A DNA stretch of 60,693 bases from an uncultured Streptomycetaceae bacterium (GTDB lineage Bacteria; Pseudomonadota; Gammaproteobacteria; Burkholderiales; SG8-41), in NCBI GenBank assembly GCA_964498105.1, contig CAZCGD010000246.1, positions 1-60,693 of the forward strand, in the 5' to 3' direction. Below are positions 8,570 to 24,026 of this stretch, piece by piece; the stretch's first letter is position 1; each line of letters opens with the position of its first letter. A model generated the notes under the pieces. It ran no database searches, was not told the origin of the DNA, and saw only the letters and a program-made list of their open reading frames with translations. A program made the translations under genes and the position numbers.

Positions 8570-10894
8570 TCAGAATAGCTGGTTGCGCACTTCTTCCCGC
8601 GGGCGGTCGCCGCCGGTCACGCCGCCGATCAGGGTCTCGTGCTCGGGCGGCAGGAATTCCTGGTAGAAATAATCGACAACGCCTGCTTGTGTGTCGGCAA
8701 CGCGCAGCCCGGTATCCGGGTTGATGCGCATCGCGACCACGCCATTCGGTTGCGCGAGTGGCTGCTCCGGAACGTTCTTCAGCACCGTCCCCATGTAGCC
8801 CATCCAGATCGGCAGCGCCGCCTGCGAACCGGTCTCGTTGCGCCCGAGCGTCTGCGGCGTGCCGAAACCGATCCACGCCACCGCCACCAGTTCGGAGTTA
8901 TAACCGCAGAACCACGCATCCACGAATTCATTGGTGGTGCCCGTTTTGCCGGCAAGATCGGCGCGACCGAGCTTCATCACCCGCGCGGCGGTGCCGGTAC
9001 GCATGGTATCGCGCATGATGCTGGTCATGATGAAAGCGTTGCGTTCATCGATGACGCGTTCCGCTCCCGCTCCCGCGGTCGCCGGCTTCGCCGCCGTCAG
9101 CACATTGCCGCGGGCATCCTCCACGCGCTCGATGAAGTACGGCGCCACGCGATAACCGCCGTTGGCGAACACGGCATAGGCCGCGACCGACTGCAGCGGC
9201 GTCACGTTGCCTGCACCCAGCGCCATGGTGAGGTACGGCGGATGCAGTTTGGGATCGAAGCCGAAGCGCGCGATGTAATCCTGCGCGTACTGCGGCGAGA
9301 TCGCCTGCAGGATGCGCACCGATATCAGGTTCTTGGATTTGGCGAGCGCCGTGCGCAGGCGCATCGGTCCTTCGAACTGGCCGTCGAAGTTCCTCGGTTC
9401 CCACGGCTCCGACCCGGTCTGTGCGGCAGTGAACGTAAGCGGCGCATCGTTGATGACGGTGGCCACGGTAAATCCCTTCTCCAGGGACGCGGAATAGACG
9501 AAGGGCTTGAAGCTTGATCCCGCCTGCCGCAGCGCCTGCGTCACGTGATTGAATTGACTGCGGCCAAAGTCGAAGCCTCCCACCAGCGCGCGTATCGCCC
9601 CGTCGCGCGGATCCATCGACACGAGTGAGGCTTCGACCAACGGCAGCTGGGTAATGTGCCAGCGGTTCTTCTCGCCCTGTTGCACGCGGATGATTGCGCC
9701 ACGGCGGATGCGCTGGCCGGGACTCGCTTTTTCGCCGAGCGAACGTGCCGCGAACTTGAGTCCATCATCGCGGATCTCGAGCCATTCCCCGCCCTTGCGG
9801 TAGGCCCGTACCAAGCGGCTGCTCGCCTCGGTCACCACAGCCGCGTGTATGCCATCGCTGTCGGCTGTATCCTGCAGCGCGTCTTCCAGGGTCTCTTCGG
9901 TGAACGGGTCGCTCAGCTCCGCGTACTTTTCGGGGCCGCGATAGCCGTGGCGCCGATCATATTCCTGCACCCCCCAGCGCAACGCCTCGTATGCCACCTC
10001 CTGGTGTGCGGTCAGCAGAGTCGTATAAACGCGCAGTCCCCGGGTGTAGGTCTCTTCCTGATAGCGTTCGTAGAGCGCCTGGCGCACCATCTCGGCAAAA
10101 TGCTCGGCATGCACCGGGAATTCGTTCACCTCCCTCTTTACCACGATCGGCTGCGCGGTTGCGGCGTTGAACTCTTCATCCGACAGGAGTTGCAGCTCGC
10201 GCATGCGGCGCAGCACGTACTGCTGCCGCTGCTTGGCGCGCTTGGGATTGGCCACCGGGTTGTACCGGGAGGGCGCCTTGGGCAGGCCCGCGAGCAAGGC
10301 GATCTCGGCGAGCGTCAACTCGGGCAGGCGCTTGCCAAAATAGATCTGGGAGGCGGCGGCGAAACCGTACGCCCGCTGGCCCAGATAGATCTGGTTGATG
10401 TAGAGCTCGAGGATCTGGTCCTTTGGGAGGTTGGACTCGATCTTGAACGCCAACAGCACCTCGTTGAATTTTCTGGTAAGTGTTTTCTCCTTTGTTAAGA
10501 AGAAGTTACGAGCTACCTGCATGGTAATGGTGGAGGCGCCCTGACGCACTTCGCCGGAGACGAAGTTCGACAGCGCGGCGCGCGCGACGCCGATGTAATC
10601 CACGCCACTGTGCTGATAGAAACGCTCGTCCTCCGCCGCCACAATGGCGTAAATCATCGGCTGGGGAACATCCTGTATTCTCACCACCGCGCGGCGTTCC
10701 TCTCCGAACTCGCCGATCAGCTTGCCGTCGGCGCTATAGACGCGCAGCGGTATCTTCGGCTGGTAGTCGGTGAGCACTTCGAGGGAAGGCAGCGACGGAT
10801 AGATGATGGCGGCGGCAAAGGCAGCCAGCATCCCGGTCACCGCCGCGATCGAGAGCAGCAGCACCAGGGGAAATGTCCACCATCGATTCGACAT
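8570..10894 (-). CDS. mrcA: Penicillin-binding protein 1A (bifunctional glycosyltransferase / transpeptidase)
   Basis: N-terminal TM helix, GT51 motif EDERFYQHSGVD, transpeptidase motifs SSFKP and KTGTTNE. ATG 10894 preferred; the alternative is TTG 10927. Confidence 0.9.
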   Translation of the reverse strand: MSNRWWTFPLVLLLSIAAVTGMLAAFAAAIIYPSLPSLEVLTDYQPKIPLRVYSADGKLIGEFGEERRAVVRIQDVPQPMIYAIVAAEDERFYQHSGVDYIGVARAALSNFVSGEVRQGASTITMQVARNFFLTKEKTLTRKFNEVLLAFKIESNLPKDQILELYINQIYLGQRAYGFAAASQIYFGKRLPELTLAEIALLAGLPKAPSRYNPVANPKRAKQRQQYVLRRMRELQLLSDEEFNAATAQPIVVKREVNEFPVHAEHFAEMVRQALYERYQEETYTRGLRVYTTLLTAHQEVAYEALRWGVQEYDRRHGYRGPEKYAELSDPFTEETLEDALQDTADSDGIHAAVVTEASSRLVRAYRKGGEWLEIRDDGLKFAARSLGEKASPGQRIRRGAIIRVQQGEKNRWHITQLPLVEASLVSMDPRDGAIRALVGGFDFGRSQFNHVTQALRQAGSSFKPFVYSASLEKGFTVATVINDAPLTFTAAQTGSEPWEPRNFDGQFEGPMRLRTALAKSKNLISVRILQAISPQYAQDYIARFGFDPKLHPPYLTMALGAGNVTPLQSVAAYAVFANGGYRVAPYFIERVEDARGNVLTAAKPATAGAGAERVIDERNAFIMTSIMRDTMRTGTAARVMKLGRADLAGKTGTTNEFVDAWFCGYNSELVAVAWIGFGTPQTLGRNETGSQAALPIWMGYMGTVLKNVPEQPLAQPNGVVAMRINPDTGLRVADTQAGVVDYFYQEFLPPEHETLIGGVTGGDRPREEVRNQLF

Positions 10895-11135
10895 GAAACT
10901 AGGGGCGCTAAACAGGGTGTGTTGCAATATTACAACAGGATCCGGGCACTAAAGATCCATTGGCGTCCATTGCCAGGCGCCCGCCACAGCAACTCGCCGT
11001 GGAGTAAGCTATATTTAGTCCCCCATTATTATAGGCAGGGTTCCCGCTCAATCAAAAAAGACACAAAATGCTTTACAACCAAAATAGTAGTTGCTAGCAT
11101 TTAAAGTAAACTATTGGATTGTCTCCCACAAACTT

Positions 11136-12242
11136 ATGCTTAAAGGGAAATTCAGTCTTAATCTCGATAGGATCGGGGACCTGTTCAAGGCCAAGATGCC
11201 GCCCTTGATCGGTACCGATATCAGTTCCTCGGCGATTAAGATGGTGGAAATCGCCGAGAGCGGGCGTGGCATGTATCGTGTCGAGCGCTATGCCATTGAG
11301 CCGATGCCCAAGGACTCGGTGGTCGAGGGCAATATCAACAACCTCGACGCCGTGAGCGATACCCTCAAGCGCTGCCACAAGCGGCTCGGCAGCAGCATCA
11401 AGAACCTCGCGCTGGCGCTGCCCAATGCTGCCGTGATCAGCAAGAAGATCCTCGTGCCGGCAGGCCAGACCGAGGAAGACCTCGAGCTGCAGGTGGAAAC
11501 CGAGGCGAATCAATACATTCCCTTCGCTCTCGACGAAGTCAATCTCGACTTCCAGGTGCTGGGACCGGCGCCCAACAGCGTTGAGGACGTCGAAGTGCTG
11601 ATCGCCGCCTCGCGCAAAGAAAAGATCATCGATCGGGTGGCGGTTGCCGAGTCGGCCGGGCTCAAGGCGACGGTAATGGACGTGGACGTCTTCGCCGCGC
11701 AGACCGCTTTTGAACTGATCGCGGGCCAGTTCCCCGACAACGGCAAAGACCAGAACATCGCCATCGTGGACATCGGCGCCAGCATCATGGCAGTCAGCGT
11801 GCTGCGCAACGAACAGTCGATCTACATGCGCGAGCAACCGTTCGGCGGCAACCAGCTGACGCAGGAGATCCAGAACAAGTTCGGCCTGTCGCTGGAGGAA
11901 GCCGAAGCCGCCAAGCGCGCCGGCGGCCTGCCTGACAACTACGAGTCCGACGTGTTGCAGCCGTTCCTCGACATGATGGGTCTCGAGGTTGCGCGCGCTC
12001 TGCAGTTTTTCTTCACCTCCACGCAGCACAGCCAGATCAACCACATCGTGCTCTCCGGCGGCTGCGGCGGAATCCCGGGCTCGGACGAGGCGGTCAGCAA
12101 GCGCGTGCAGGTGAACACGATCGTCGCCAATCCGTTCGTCAACATGGCTCTGTCCTCGAGAATCCGTGCGAAAACCCTGACGCAAGATGCGCCCTCCCTC
12201 ATGGTGGCGTGCGGCTTGGCCATGCGGAGGTTCGACCGATGA
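11136..12242 (+). CDS. pilM: Type IV pilus assembly protein PilM
   Basis: GTDISSSAIKMVEI actin-like fold N-terminus. First gene of a pilMNOPQ cluster divergent from mrcA. ATG 11136 preferred over TTG 11091. Confidence 0.9.
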   Translation: MLKGKFSLNLDRIGDLFKAKMPPLIGTDISSSAIKMVEIAESGRGMYRVERYAIEPMPKDSVVEGNINNLDAVSDTLKRCHKRLGSSIKNLALALPNAAVISKKILVPAGQTEEDLELQVETEANQYIPFALDEVNLDFQVLGPAPNSVEDVEVLIAASRKEKIIDRVAVAESAGLKATVMDVDVFAAQTAFELIAGQFPDNGKDQNIAIVDIGASIMAVSVLRNEQSIYMREQPFGGNQLTQEIQNKFGLSLEEAEAAKRAGGLPDNYESDVLQPFLDMMGLEVARALQFFFTSTQHSQINHIVLSGGCGGIPGSDEAVSKRVQVNTIVANPFVNMALSSRIRAKTLTQDAPSLMVACGLAMRRFDR

Positions 12243-12829
12243 TCCGCATCAATCTGCTGCCGCATCGCGAGATCCGGCGCAAACAGCAGCAGCAGCAATT
12301 TTTCATTCTGTTAGGTGGCGCAATCGTCATCGGCGCGGTGGTGTGGTTCGTCGTGCACACCTATCTCGACGAACAGCACGAGCTGCAAATGAGCCGCAAC
12401 AAGTATCTGCAGGATGAGATCGTCAAGCTGGACAAGCAGATCGCGGAGATCCAGAAGCTGAAAGACCAGACTGCGGCGCTGCTAGCGCGCAAGCGGGTGG
12501 TGGAAACCCTGCAGGGGAACCGCGCGGAGGTGGTCCACCTGCTCGACCAACTGGTGCGGCAGTTGCCCGACGGCGTCTACCTCAAGTCCATCAAGCAGGC
12601 CGGTCCCCGCGTAACGATCAACGGTTTCACGCAGTCCCAGGCGCGGGTGTCGACCCTGATGCGCAACCTCGAATCGTCGCCGCAGTTGGAGAACCCCGGG
12701 CTGGTGGAGATCAAGGCGGTGACGCTGAGCGGGCAGCGCCTCAACGAGTTCCTCATGGACATCAACATCACGCGCGCCAGGGTCGAGGACGACGCCAAGA
12801 AGGCTGCGCGGCCAGCGGCGAAGGGATGA
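12239..12829 (+). CDS. pilN: Type IV pilus assembly protein PilN
   Basis: MIRINLLPHRE N-terminus followed by a TM helix. ATGA overlap with the pilM stop. Confidence 0.85.
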   Translation: MIRINLLPHREIRRKQQQQQFFILLGGAIVIGAVVWFVVHTYLDEQHELQMSRNKYLQDEIVKLDKQIAEIQKLKDQTAALLARKRVVETLQGNRAEVVHLLDQLVRQLPDGVYLKSIKQAGPRVTINGFTQSQARVSTLMRNLESSPQLENPGLVEIKAVTLSGQRLNEFLMDINITRARVEDDAKKAARPAAKG

Positions 12830-12835
12830 TGGCAC

Positions 12836-13477
12836 ATGGCCATGACGCTTAACGACCTGCGGCGGCTGGATCCGAAGAAGATCGGCAGCTGGCCCATTCT
12901 TCCCAAGCTGGGGGTGTTGTTCATCACTCTGGTGCTGATCATTTTCGCCGGCTACTGGTTCGACTGGAAAGACCAGATCGAGCAAATCGACCAGGAGAAG
13001 CTGAAGGAGGAGGGACTGCGCAAGACCTTTCTCACGAAGAAAAGCGAGGCGATCAATCTCCCGGCCTACCAGAAGCAGCTGGAAGACATCGAGAAGCAGT
13101 TCGGTGCGCTGCTGAAGCAATTGCCGGGTAAGTCCGAAATGGACGCGCTGCTGATCGACATCAACCAGGCCGGCCTCGGGCGCGGCCTGCAGTTCGAGTT
13201 GTTCAAGCCCGCGGCCCAGGAAACGCGACGCGATTTCTATGCGGAGCTGCCGATCACGATCAAGGTCAGCGGCAACTATCACGATATCGGCGCCTTCGCG
13301 AGCGACATCGGCAAGCTATCCCGCATCGTCACGCTGGAGAACATCGCGCTCGGCGCGGCCGGCAAGGGCGGCGGGCTGGCGCTGGACGCGACCGCCAAGA
13401 CTTTCCGCTACCTGGACGACGAGGAGCTGGCGCAGCAGAGACGCGTCGCCACTGCTGCCAAGAAGGGCAAGAAATGA
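12836..13477 (+). CDS. pilO: Type IV pilus assembly protein PilO
   Basis: TM helix, a coiled-coil segment and the C-terminal PilO fold region (ELPITIKVSGNYHDIGAF). Position in the cluster. Confidence 0.85.
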   Translation: MAMTLNDLRRLDPKKIGSWPILPKLGVLFITLVLIIFAGYWFDWKDQIEQIDQEKLKEEGLRKTFLTKKSEAINLPAYQKQLEDIEKQFGALLKQLPGKSEMDALLIDINQAGLGRGLQFELFKPAAQETRRDFYAELPITIKVSGNYHDIGAFASDIGKLSRIVTLENIALGAAGKGGGLALDATAKTFRYLDDEELAQQRRVATAAKKGKK

Positions 13478-14007
13478 AGCGCGCTGCCGTCCTCATCGCC
13501 GCCTCCTGCATCGCGCTGGCTTCGTGCAGCGGCGAGCAGCACTCGGATCTGCGGCAGTTCGTCAAGGATTCGGACAACATGCCGCGCGGCCGCATTCCAC
13601 CGCTGCCGGAAGTCAAACCGTACGAACCGTTCGAGTACGCGGCGTTCGATCTTCTCGATCCGTTCACGCCGCGCAAGATCCAGGCGCCCAAGGGCGCTCC
13701 TACGGGGTCGGGCCCCCAGCCGCCGGCGAATCATCGCAAGGGACCGCTCGAGGCTTTCCCGCTGGAAAACCTCAAGATGGTCGGAACGCTGTCGCAGAAG
13801 AAGGACGTCTTCGCCCTGATCAAGACCCCGGACAACAATCTGTACCGGGTCAAGGCGGGGGACTTCATGGGGCAGAATTTCGGACGCATCATCGGCATCA
13901 CCGAATCCACGGTCGTATTGAAGGAACTGGTTCAGGACAGCGGCAGCGAGTGGAAGGAAGAGGAACGAACACTGCTGTTGCAGGATGAACAGGAGACAAA
14001 AAAATGA
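13474..14007 (+). CDS. pilP: Type IV pilus assembly lipoprotein PilP
   Basis: Lipobox LASC after a signal peptide. 4-nt overlaps with both pilO and pilQ. Confidence 0.8.
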   Translation: MKRAAVLIAASCIALASCSGEQHSDLRQFVKDSDNMPRGRIPPLPEVKPYEPFEYAAFDLLDPFTPRKIQAPKGAPTGSGPQPPANHRKGPLEAFPLENLKMVGTLSQKKDVFALIKTPDNNLYRVKAGDFMGQNFGRIIGITESTVVLKELVQDSGSEWKEEERTLLLQDEQETKK

Positions 14008-16121
14008 GGCTCCAGATGCGCTTTCTCTCATCGCTTTTCCACGGCGTGCTGACGTTGCTGCTCAGCGCCGCCAGCGTTGCCGCCTACGCCCAGGCGAACA
14101 GCATCGAGGCGGTCGACGTTTCGCCTGCCGCCGCCGGTAAAGTGATCATCAGGGTGACGATGAAGCAGGCGCCGGTTAGCCCGCCCGCCGGATTCACCGT
14201 GAACAATCCGCCGCGCATCGCCTTCGATTTTCCCAATACCACCAGCGCGCTCGGGCGCAGCAATCAGGAAGTGACTGAAGGCGACCTGCGCAGCATCAAC
14301 GTAGTGCAGGCGGGCGAGCGCACGCGGCTGGTGCTCAACCTCGCCCGCGCCACTGGTTACGACACGCAGATCGACGGGCGGTTACTGCTGATCACGCTGC
14401 AGGGCGCCGCCGCCATCGCCAGCCCCGCCGGCGCGATCACCCATTTCGCCGAGGTGCGGCCGGGCGACCAGCGCCACGCGCTGCGCGACATCGACTTCCG
14501 CCGCGGCAACGCCGGGGAAGGGCGCGTCGTGGTCGATCTTTCGGACAGCGCCGTCGGCATCGACCTCAAGCTGCAGGGCAAGGCCATCGTCATTGATTTC
14601 ATCAACACTGCGCTGCCCAAGAATCTGCAGCGGCGCCTCGACGTGTCTGACTTCGGCACGGTGGTGCAGACCATCGATGCCCAGCCGCAGGGCAATAACA
14701 CGCGGATCGTGATTGAGCCGCGCGGGACCTGGGAGCATACCGCCTACCAGACTGATAACCGCTTCATTGTCGAAGTGAAGCAGCAGGTCGAGGACCAGCG
14801 CATTGCGCGCGGCGGCGGCTACACCGGCGAGAAGCTCTCGCTCAATTTCCAGAACGTGGAAGTGCGGGCCGTGCTGCAGGTCATCGCGGACTTCACCGGG
14901 CTCAACATCATCACCAGCGATACGGTGGGCGGCAACCTTACGCTGCGGCTGAAGGACGTGCCGTGGGACCAGGCTCTCGACCTCATTCTCCAGAGCAAGG
15001 GCCTCGACTTGCGCAAGACTGGCAACGTGGTGTGGATCGCGCCGCGCGACGAGCTGGCGACCCGCGAGAAGCTGGCGCTTGAAGCCCAGCAGCAGATCAC
15101 GGACCTCGAGCCGACACGCACCGAGAGTTTCCAGTTGAACTACCAGAAAGGGCCCGACCTGCAGAAACTGCTGGCTGACCCGCAGCAGCGGGTGCTGTCC
15201 AAGCGCGGCAGCGCCGTGGTCGATGCGCGCACCAATACGATCTTCGTGCAGGACACGCCGACGCGGCTGGAGGAAGTGCGCAAGTTGATCCGCAAGATCG
15301 ACGTGCCGGTGCGGCAGGTGATGATCGAGTCGCGCATCGTCGAGGCCAGCGACAACTTCGGTCGTAACCTGGGCGTGCGGCTGGGCTATCACGATATGAC
15401 GGGTACGGGCGGCAAGTTGGGCACCACCGGCGGCACCGCGGTGCGGGGGCTGGCCGGCGGCCAGTTGAGCGATCCCGCCTTCCACACCGGCCAAGCGGTC
15501 TTGCCGCCATTCACCGACTCGCTGTCGGTGAATCTGCCAGTGCCGGGGCTGGGCGGCGCCCAGCCGGGTGCTTTCTCGCTGTCGCTGTTCAAGGAAGGCA
15601 GCGCGAAGTTCCTCAACCTCGAGATCACCGCGCTGCAGGCGGACGGCAAGGGCAAGATCATATCGAGTCCGCGAGTGATCACTGCCGACCAGGTTGAGGC
15701 CAGCATCGAGCAGGGCACGGAAATCCCGTACCAAGCGGCGACCTCGAGCGGCGCCACCAGCGTGTCCTTCAAGAAGGCGACGTTGTCGCTCAAGGTGAAG
15801 CCGCAGATCACCCCCGACGATAACGTCATCATGAACCTGAACGTGCACAAGGACAGCGTGGGCCAGAACACGCTCGCCGGGCCGTCCATCGACACCAAGC
15901 AAATCGTGACCGAGGTGCTGGTGGAAAACGGCGGCACCGTGGTGATCGGTGGCATTTACACCCAGACCGAGAGCAGCACCACCAACAAAGTGCCGGTGCT
16001 GGGCGACCTGCCGTTCGTCGGCTGGCTGTTCAAGCAGAACCTGAAAGTCGACAACCGCAGCGAGCTGCTGATTTTTATCACGCCGCGCGTACTGAAGGAC
16101 GGCCTGACGCTGCGTCCATAG
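14004..16121 (+). CDS. pilQ: Type IV pilus secretin PilQ
   Basis: Signal peptide, N-terminal AMIN-like repeats, and a secretin C-domain (VPVLGDLPFVGWLFK...ELLIFITPRV). Confidence 0.92.
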   Translation: MRLQMRFLSSLFHGVLTLLLSAASVAAYAQANSIEAVDVSPAAAGKVIIRVTMKQAPVSPPAGFTVNNPPRIAFDFPNTTSALGRSNQEVTEGDLRSINVVQAGERTRLVLNLARATGYDTQIDGRLLLITLQGAAAIASPAGAITHFAEVRPGDQRHALRDIDFRRGNAGEGRVVVDLSDSAVGIDLKLQGKAIVIDFINTALPKNLQRRLDVSDFGTVVQTIDAQPQGNNTRIVIEPRGTWEHTAYQTDNRFIVEVKQQVEDQRIARGGGYTGEKLSLNFQNVEVRAVLQVIADFTGLNIITSDTVGGNLTLRLKDVPWDQALDLILQSKGLDLRKTGNVVWIAPRDELATREKLALEAQQQITDLEPTRTESFQLNYQKGPDLQKLLADPQQRVLSKRGSAVVDARTNTIFVQDTPTRLEEVRKLIRKIDVPVRQVMIESRIVEASDNFGRNLGVRLGYHDMTGTGGKLGTTGGTAVRGLAGGQLSDPAFHTGQAVLPPFTDSLSVNLPVPGLGGAQPGAFSLSLFKEGSAKFLNLEITALQADGKGKIISSPRVITADQVEASIEQGTEIPYQAATSSGATSVSFKKATLSLKVKPQITPDDNVIMNLNVHKDSVGQNTLAGPSIDTKQIVTEVLVENGGTVVIGGIYTQTESSTTNKVPVLGDLPFVGWLFKQNLKVDNRSELLIFITPRVLKDGLTLRP

Positions 16122-16136
16122 GCGGGGCGTCTACCG

Positions 16137-16167
16137 CAAAAAGGGCGGCCGCGGCCGCCTTTTTTTG
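16137..16167 (+). terminator. Rho-independent (potentially bidirectional) terminator after pilQ
   Basis: Perfect 16-nt palindrome GGCGGCCGCGGCCGCC preceded by AAAAA and followed by TTTTTTT. Confidence 0.6.
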
Positions 16168-16355
16168 TCCGTCCGGCCGTTCCGCCAACTTGAAGGATAG
16201 GCACTGACGGGCTTCAGTCAACCTGAATGACGGGTCCGGGGGTCAATAAATACTTCATTACAGCCTGTCGGCCCGGCAATATCCAAGCACGACTGCCCAT
16301 GCGTTCACATTGACCGTTCATGATGCCAAGTCCGACAGGCTGCTAGAATCGCCCC

Positions 16356-16949
16356 ATGGGCGGCAGCGGGCAGAAAACGGCGGCGCGGCACGGGCTTATT
16401 CCCGGCAATATCTTCCTGGTGGGCTTGATGGGCGCGGGCAAGACCTCGGTGGGGAAGCTTCTTGCCAGGCGCCTCGGCAAGGACTTTCACGACTGCGACC
16501 AGGAAATCGAGCGCGCGACCGGGGTCAAGATCCAGGTCATCTTCGAGATCGAGGGTGAGGCTGGCTTCCGCGCGCGCGAAGCAAAGATGCTGGCGGAACT
16601 GACCGCCCGCAGCAACATCGTGCTCGCCACCGGCGGCGGCGCCGTGCTGTCCGCCGACAACTGCAGGCTGCTGGCCGATAACGGCGTAGTGGTATACCTG
16701 CGGGCGGCCGCGCCGGAATTGTGGAGCCGCACCCGCCACGACAAGAAGCGTCCGTTGCTGAACACCGCCGACCCCCGGGCCAAGCTCGAGCAGTTATTCG
16801 CCGAGCGCGACCCGCTCTACCGCGAGGTCGCTGATATCATCGTCGATACCGGCCTCCAGAGCGTGGGGAACCTGGCGCACCGGCTGGAGCAGCAGCTGCT
16901 CCAGCATTTGTCCGGCCAGCAGGAAACAGCGTCGTTGCGCACCGGCTGA
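16356..16949 (+). CDS. aroK: Shikimate kinase
   Basis: Walker [13 protein letters not shown]. Position between pilQ and aroB. No SD upstream of ATG 16356. Confidence 0.9.
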   Translation: MGGSGQKTAARHGLIPGNIFLVGLMGAGKTSVGKLLARRLGKDFHDCDQEIERATGVKIQVIFEIEGEAGFRAREAKMLAELTARSNIVLATGGGAVLSADNCRLLADNGVVVYLRAAAPELWSRTRHDKKRPLLNTADPRAKLEQLFAERDPLYREVADIIVDTGLQSVGNLAHRLEQQLLQHLSGQQETASLRTG

Positions 16950-16972
16950 CCGGAAGCAACCGAACGAAACCC

Positions 16973-18067
16973 ATGCAAACCCTGACCGTGGCTTTGGCCG
17001 AGCGCAGCTACCCGATCCATATCGGCGCCGGCCTGCTCGCCCGCTCCGAGTTGATCGTGGAGAGGCTGCCGCAGAAAAGGGCGGTCATCATCACCAACTC
17101 CACCATCGCGCCCCTCTACCTCGTGCCATTCCAGCGCGCCCTGGAGGCGTGCGGCGTGCGCGTGGTCGCCGTTACCCTCCCGGACGGCGAGTCGTACAAG
17201 AACTGGGAAACGCTCAACCGCATCTTCGACGCGCTCCTCGAGCACCGCATCGAGCGCGGAACCGCCTTGATTGCGCTGGGGGGCGGGGTCGTCGGCGATC
17301 TCGCGGGTTTCGCCGCGGCGATCTACCTGCGCGGCGTGCCCTATATCCAGGTGCCGACGACACTGCTCGCGCAGGTCGACTCCTCCGTCGGCGGCAAGAC
17401 CGGGATCAACCACCCGCTCGGCAAGAACCTGGTCGGCGCGTTCTACCAGCCGCTCGCCGTAGTCGCCGATACCGACACGCTGGCCACGCTACCGCCCCGC
17501 GAGCTGGCGGCCGGGCTGGCGGAAGTGGTCAAGTACGGGTTGATCCGCGACCGGCCATTCTTCGAGTGGCTCGAGGTCAATATGCCGCGGCTCGTCAGGC
17601 GCGAGGCCGAGGCCCTCGCCTACGCGATCGAGCGCTGCTGCATCAACAAGGCGGAGGTCGTCGCCACCGACGAGCGGGAAAGTGGGCCGCGCGCGCTGCT
17701 CAACTTCGGCCATACCTTCGGCCACGCCATCGAAGCCGGTACCGGCTATGGGACGTGGCTGCACGGCGAGGCGGTCGGCGCCGGCATGCTGCTGGCGACC
17801 AAGCTGGCACAGCGGCTTGGCCTGGTAGCAGCCGAGGAGGTGGGGCGCGTCAGTGCCCTCCTTAAGACCGCCGGCCTGCCGCTCGATCCGCCGGGGTTCG
17901 GCCTGGAGCGCTATCTCGAGCTGATGGGCCACGACAAGAAAGTGGCGGACGGCCGTATCCGCTTCGTGCTTCTGCGGCGCATTGGCGAGGCGTTCGTCAC
18001 CGATCGGGTCCCGCGCGAAGCTCTGGCGGACTTGCTCTCTACGGGCGCGCTGCATGCCCGAGCGTGA
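16973..18067 (+). CDS. aroB: 3-dehydroquinate synthase
   Basis: [30 protein letters not shown] and GHTFGHAIE motifs. Confidence 0.93.
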   Translation: MQTLTVALAERSYPIHIGAGLLARSELIVERLPQKRAVIITNSTIAPLYLVPFQRALEACGVRVVAVTLPDGESYKNWETLNRIFDALLEHRIERGTALIALGGGVVGDLAGFAAAIYLRGVPYIQVPTTLLAQVDSSVGGKTGINHPLGKNLVGAFYQPLAVVADTDTLATLPPRELAAGLAEVVKYGLIRDRPFFEWLEVNMPRLVRREAEALAYAIERCCINKAEVVATDERESGPRALLNFGHTFGHAIEAGTGYGTWLHGEAVGAGMLLATKLAQRLGLVAAEEVGRVSALLKTAGLPLDPPGFGLERYLELMGHDKKVADGRIRFVLLRRIGEAFVTDRVPREALADLLSTGALHARA

Positions 18068-19181
18068 GCTTGCCGATTATGCAGCGCGTCCGGAACGCTC
18101 CCACGGCCGCCGCCATCGCGAGCCGCCGCCGCGCGGCCGCAGTGAATTCCAGCGCGATCGCGACCGCATCATCCATTCCACCGCCTTCCGCCGACTGGAG
18201 TACAAGACCCAGGTCTTCATCAACCACGAGGGCGACCTGTTCCGCACCCGCCTCACCCACAGCCTGGAGGTCGCGCAGATCTCGCGCTCGGTCGCCCGCA
18301 GCCTGGGGCTGAACGAAGACCTCGTCGAAGCGATCGCGCTGGCGCATGACCTTGGCCACACGCCGTTCGGCCATGCCGGGCAGGACGCGCTCCACGCCTG
18401 CATGAAACCCTACGGCGGGTTCGAGCACAATCTCCAGAGTCTGCGCGTGGTGGACATTCTCGAGCAGCGTTACGCCGCGTTTGACGGACTCAACCTCACC
18501 TTCGAGGCACGCGAAGGGATACTCAAGCACTGCTCTGTCCGCAACGCGCGCGCCCTGGGCGACATCGGGGAGCGCTTTATCAAGCGGCGGCGTCCATCGC
18601 TGGAAGCCCAGCTCGCCAACCTGGCCGACGAGATCGCATACAACAACCACGACGTCGATGACGGGCTGCGCTCGGGACTGCTGGTCCTCGAACAATTTGC
18701 CCAGGTACGTATCGTCGCCCGGCACACGAAGGCGGTGCTGCGCCAGCACCCCAGGCTGACCGGACGGCGCCTCGTGCACGAAACGGTGCGGCGCATGATC
18801 GATACCCTGGTGACGGACCTGGTCCGCGCCAGCGCGGACAGTATCCGCCGCCATGGCCCGGCCACGATCGAGGAGGCGCGCCTCGCCCCGCCGCTCATTT
18901 CCTTCAGCCCGCGCGTCCGGGAGGAGAGCCAGGAGCTGAAAACCTTCCTGCGGGATCACCTCTACCGTCATTACCGCGTGGTCCGCATGAGCACCAAGGC
19001 GCGGCGCGTGGTGACCGATTTGTTCGGGGCATTCGTCTCCGATCCGCGGCTGCTGCCTCCGGAATTCCAGGCACGCGCGCAGGACGACACCCAGCGCGCC
19101 ATTGCCGACTACATCGCCGGCATGACCGACCGCTACGCCATCCTCGAGCACCGTCGCCTGTTCACGATCGAGGAAACCTGA
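18054..19181 (+). CDS. dgt: dGTP triphosphohydrolase-like HD-domain protein
   Basis: [28 protein letters not shown] and [12 protein letters not shown] (HD motif). ATG 18054 overlaps the aroB end by 14 nt. Confidence 0.85.
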   Translation: MPERELADYAARPERSHGRRHREPPPRGRSEFQRDRDRIIHSTAFRRLEYKTQVFINHEGDLFRTRLTHSLEVAQISRSVARSLGLNEDLVEAIALAHDLGHTPFGHAGQDALHACMKPYGGFEHNLQSLRVVDILEQRYAAFDGLNLTFEAREGILKHCSVRNARALGDIGERFIKRRRPSLEAQLANLADEIAYNNHDVDDGLRSGLLVLEQFAQVRIVARHTKAVLRQHPRLTGRRLVHETVRRMIDTLVTDLVRASADSIRRHGPATIEEARLAPPLISFSPRVREESQELKTFLRDHLYRHYRVVRMSTKARRVVTDLFGAFVSDPRLLPPEFQARAQDDTQRAIADYIAGMTDRYAILEHRRLFTIEET

Positions 19182-19334
19182 CCCCGACCGCTTCAGGTCC
19201 GAAGTTTTTGTTGCTGTAAGTGGCTGATGCCAGTACACTTCCCTCCTCGTTCCTTCTTTTTGCAGCACGCTTGCTGCGGTGCAATATGGCGGGCATCAGG
19301 CGACTGAATTGCAGCGTTCGTTGGGAATAGGCGA

Positions 19335-23996
<4,662 letters not shown>

Positions 23997-24026
23997 GCCG
24001 CGCCGCCCGGCGCGCTGAAATACAGC

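Noticed and set aside
10928-11135. Divergent mrcA / pilM promoter region with a TCCATTG direct repeat and several AT-rich hexamers.
   Set aside because: I could not assemble a convincing -35/-10 pair or a recognisable regulator site by eye. It is left unannotated.
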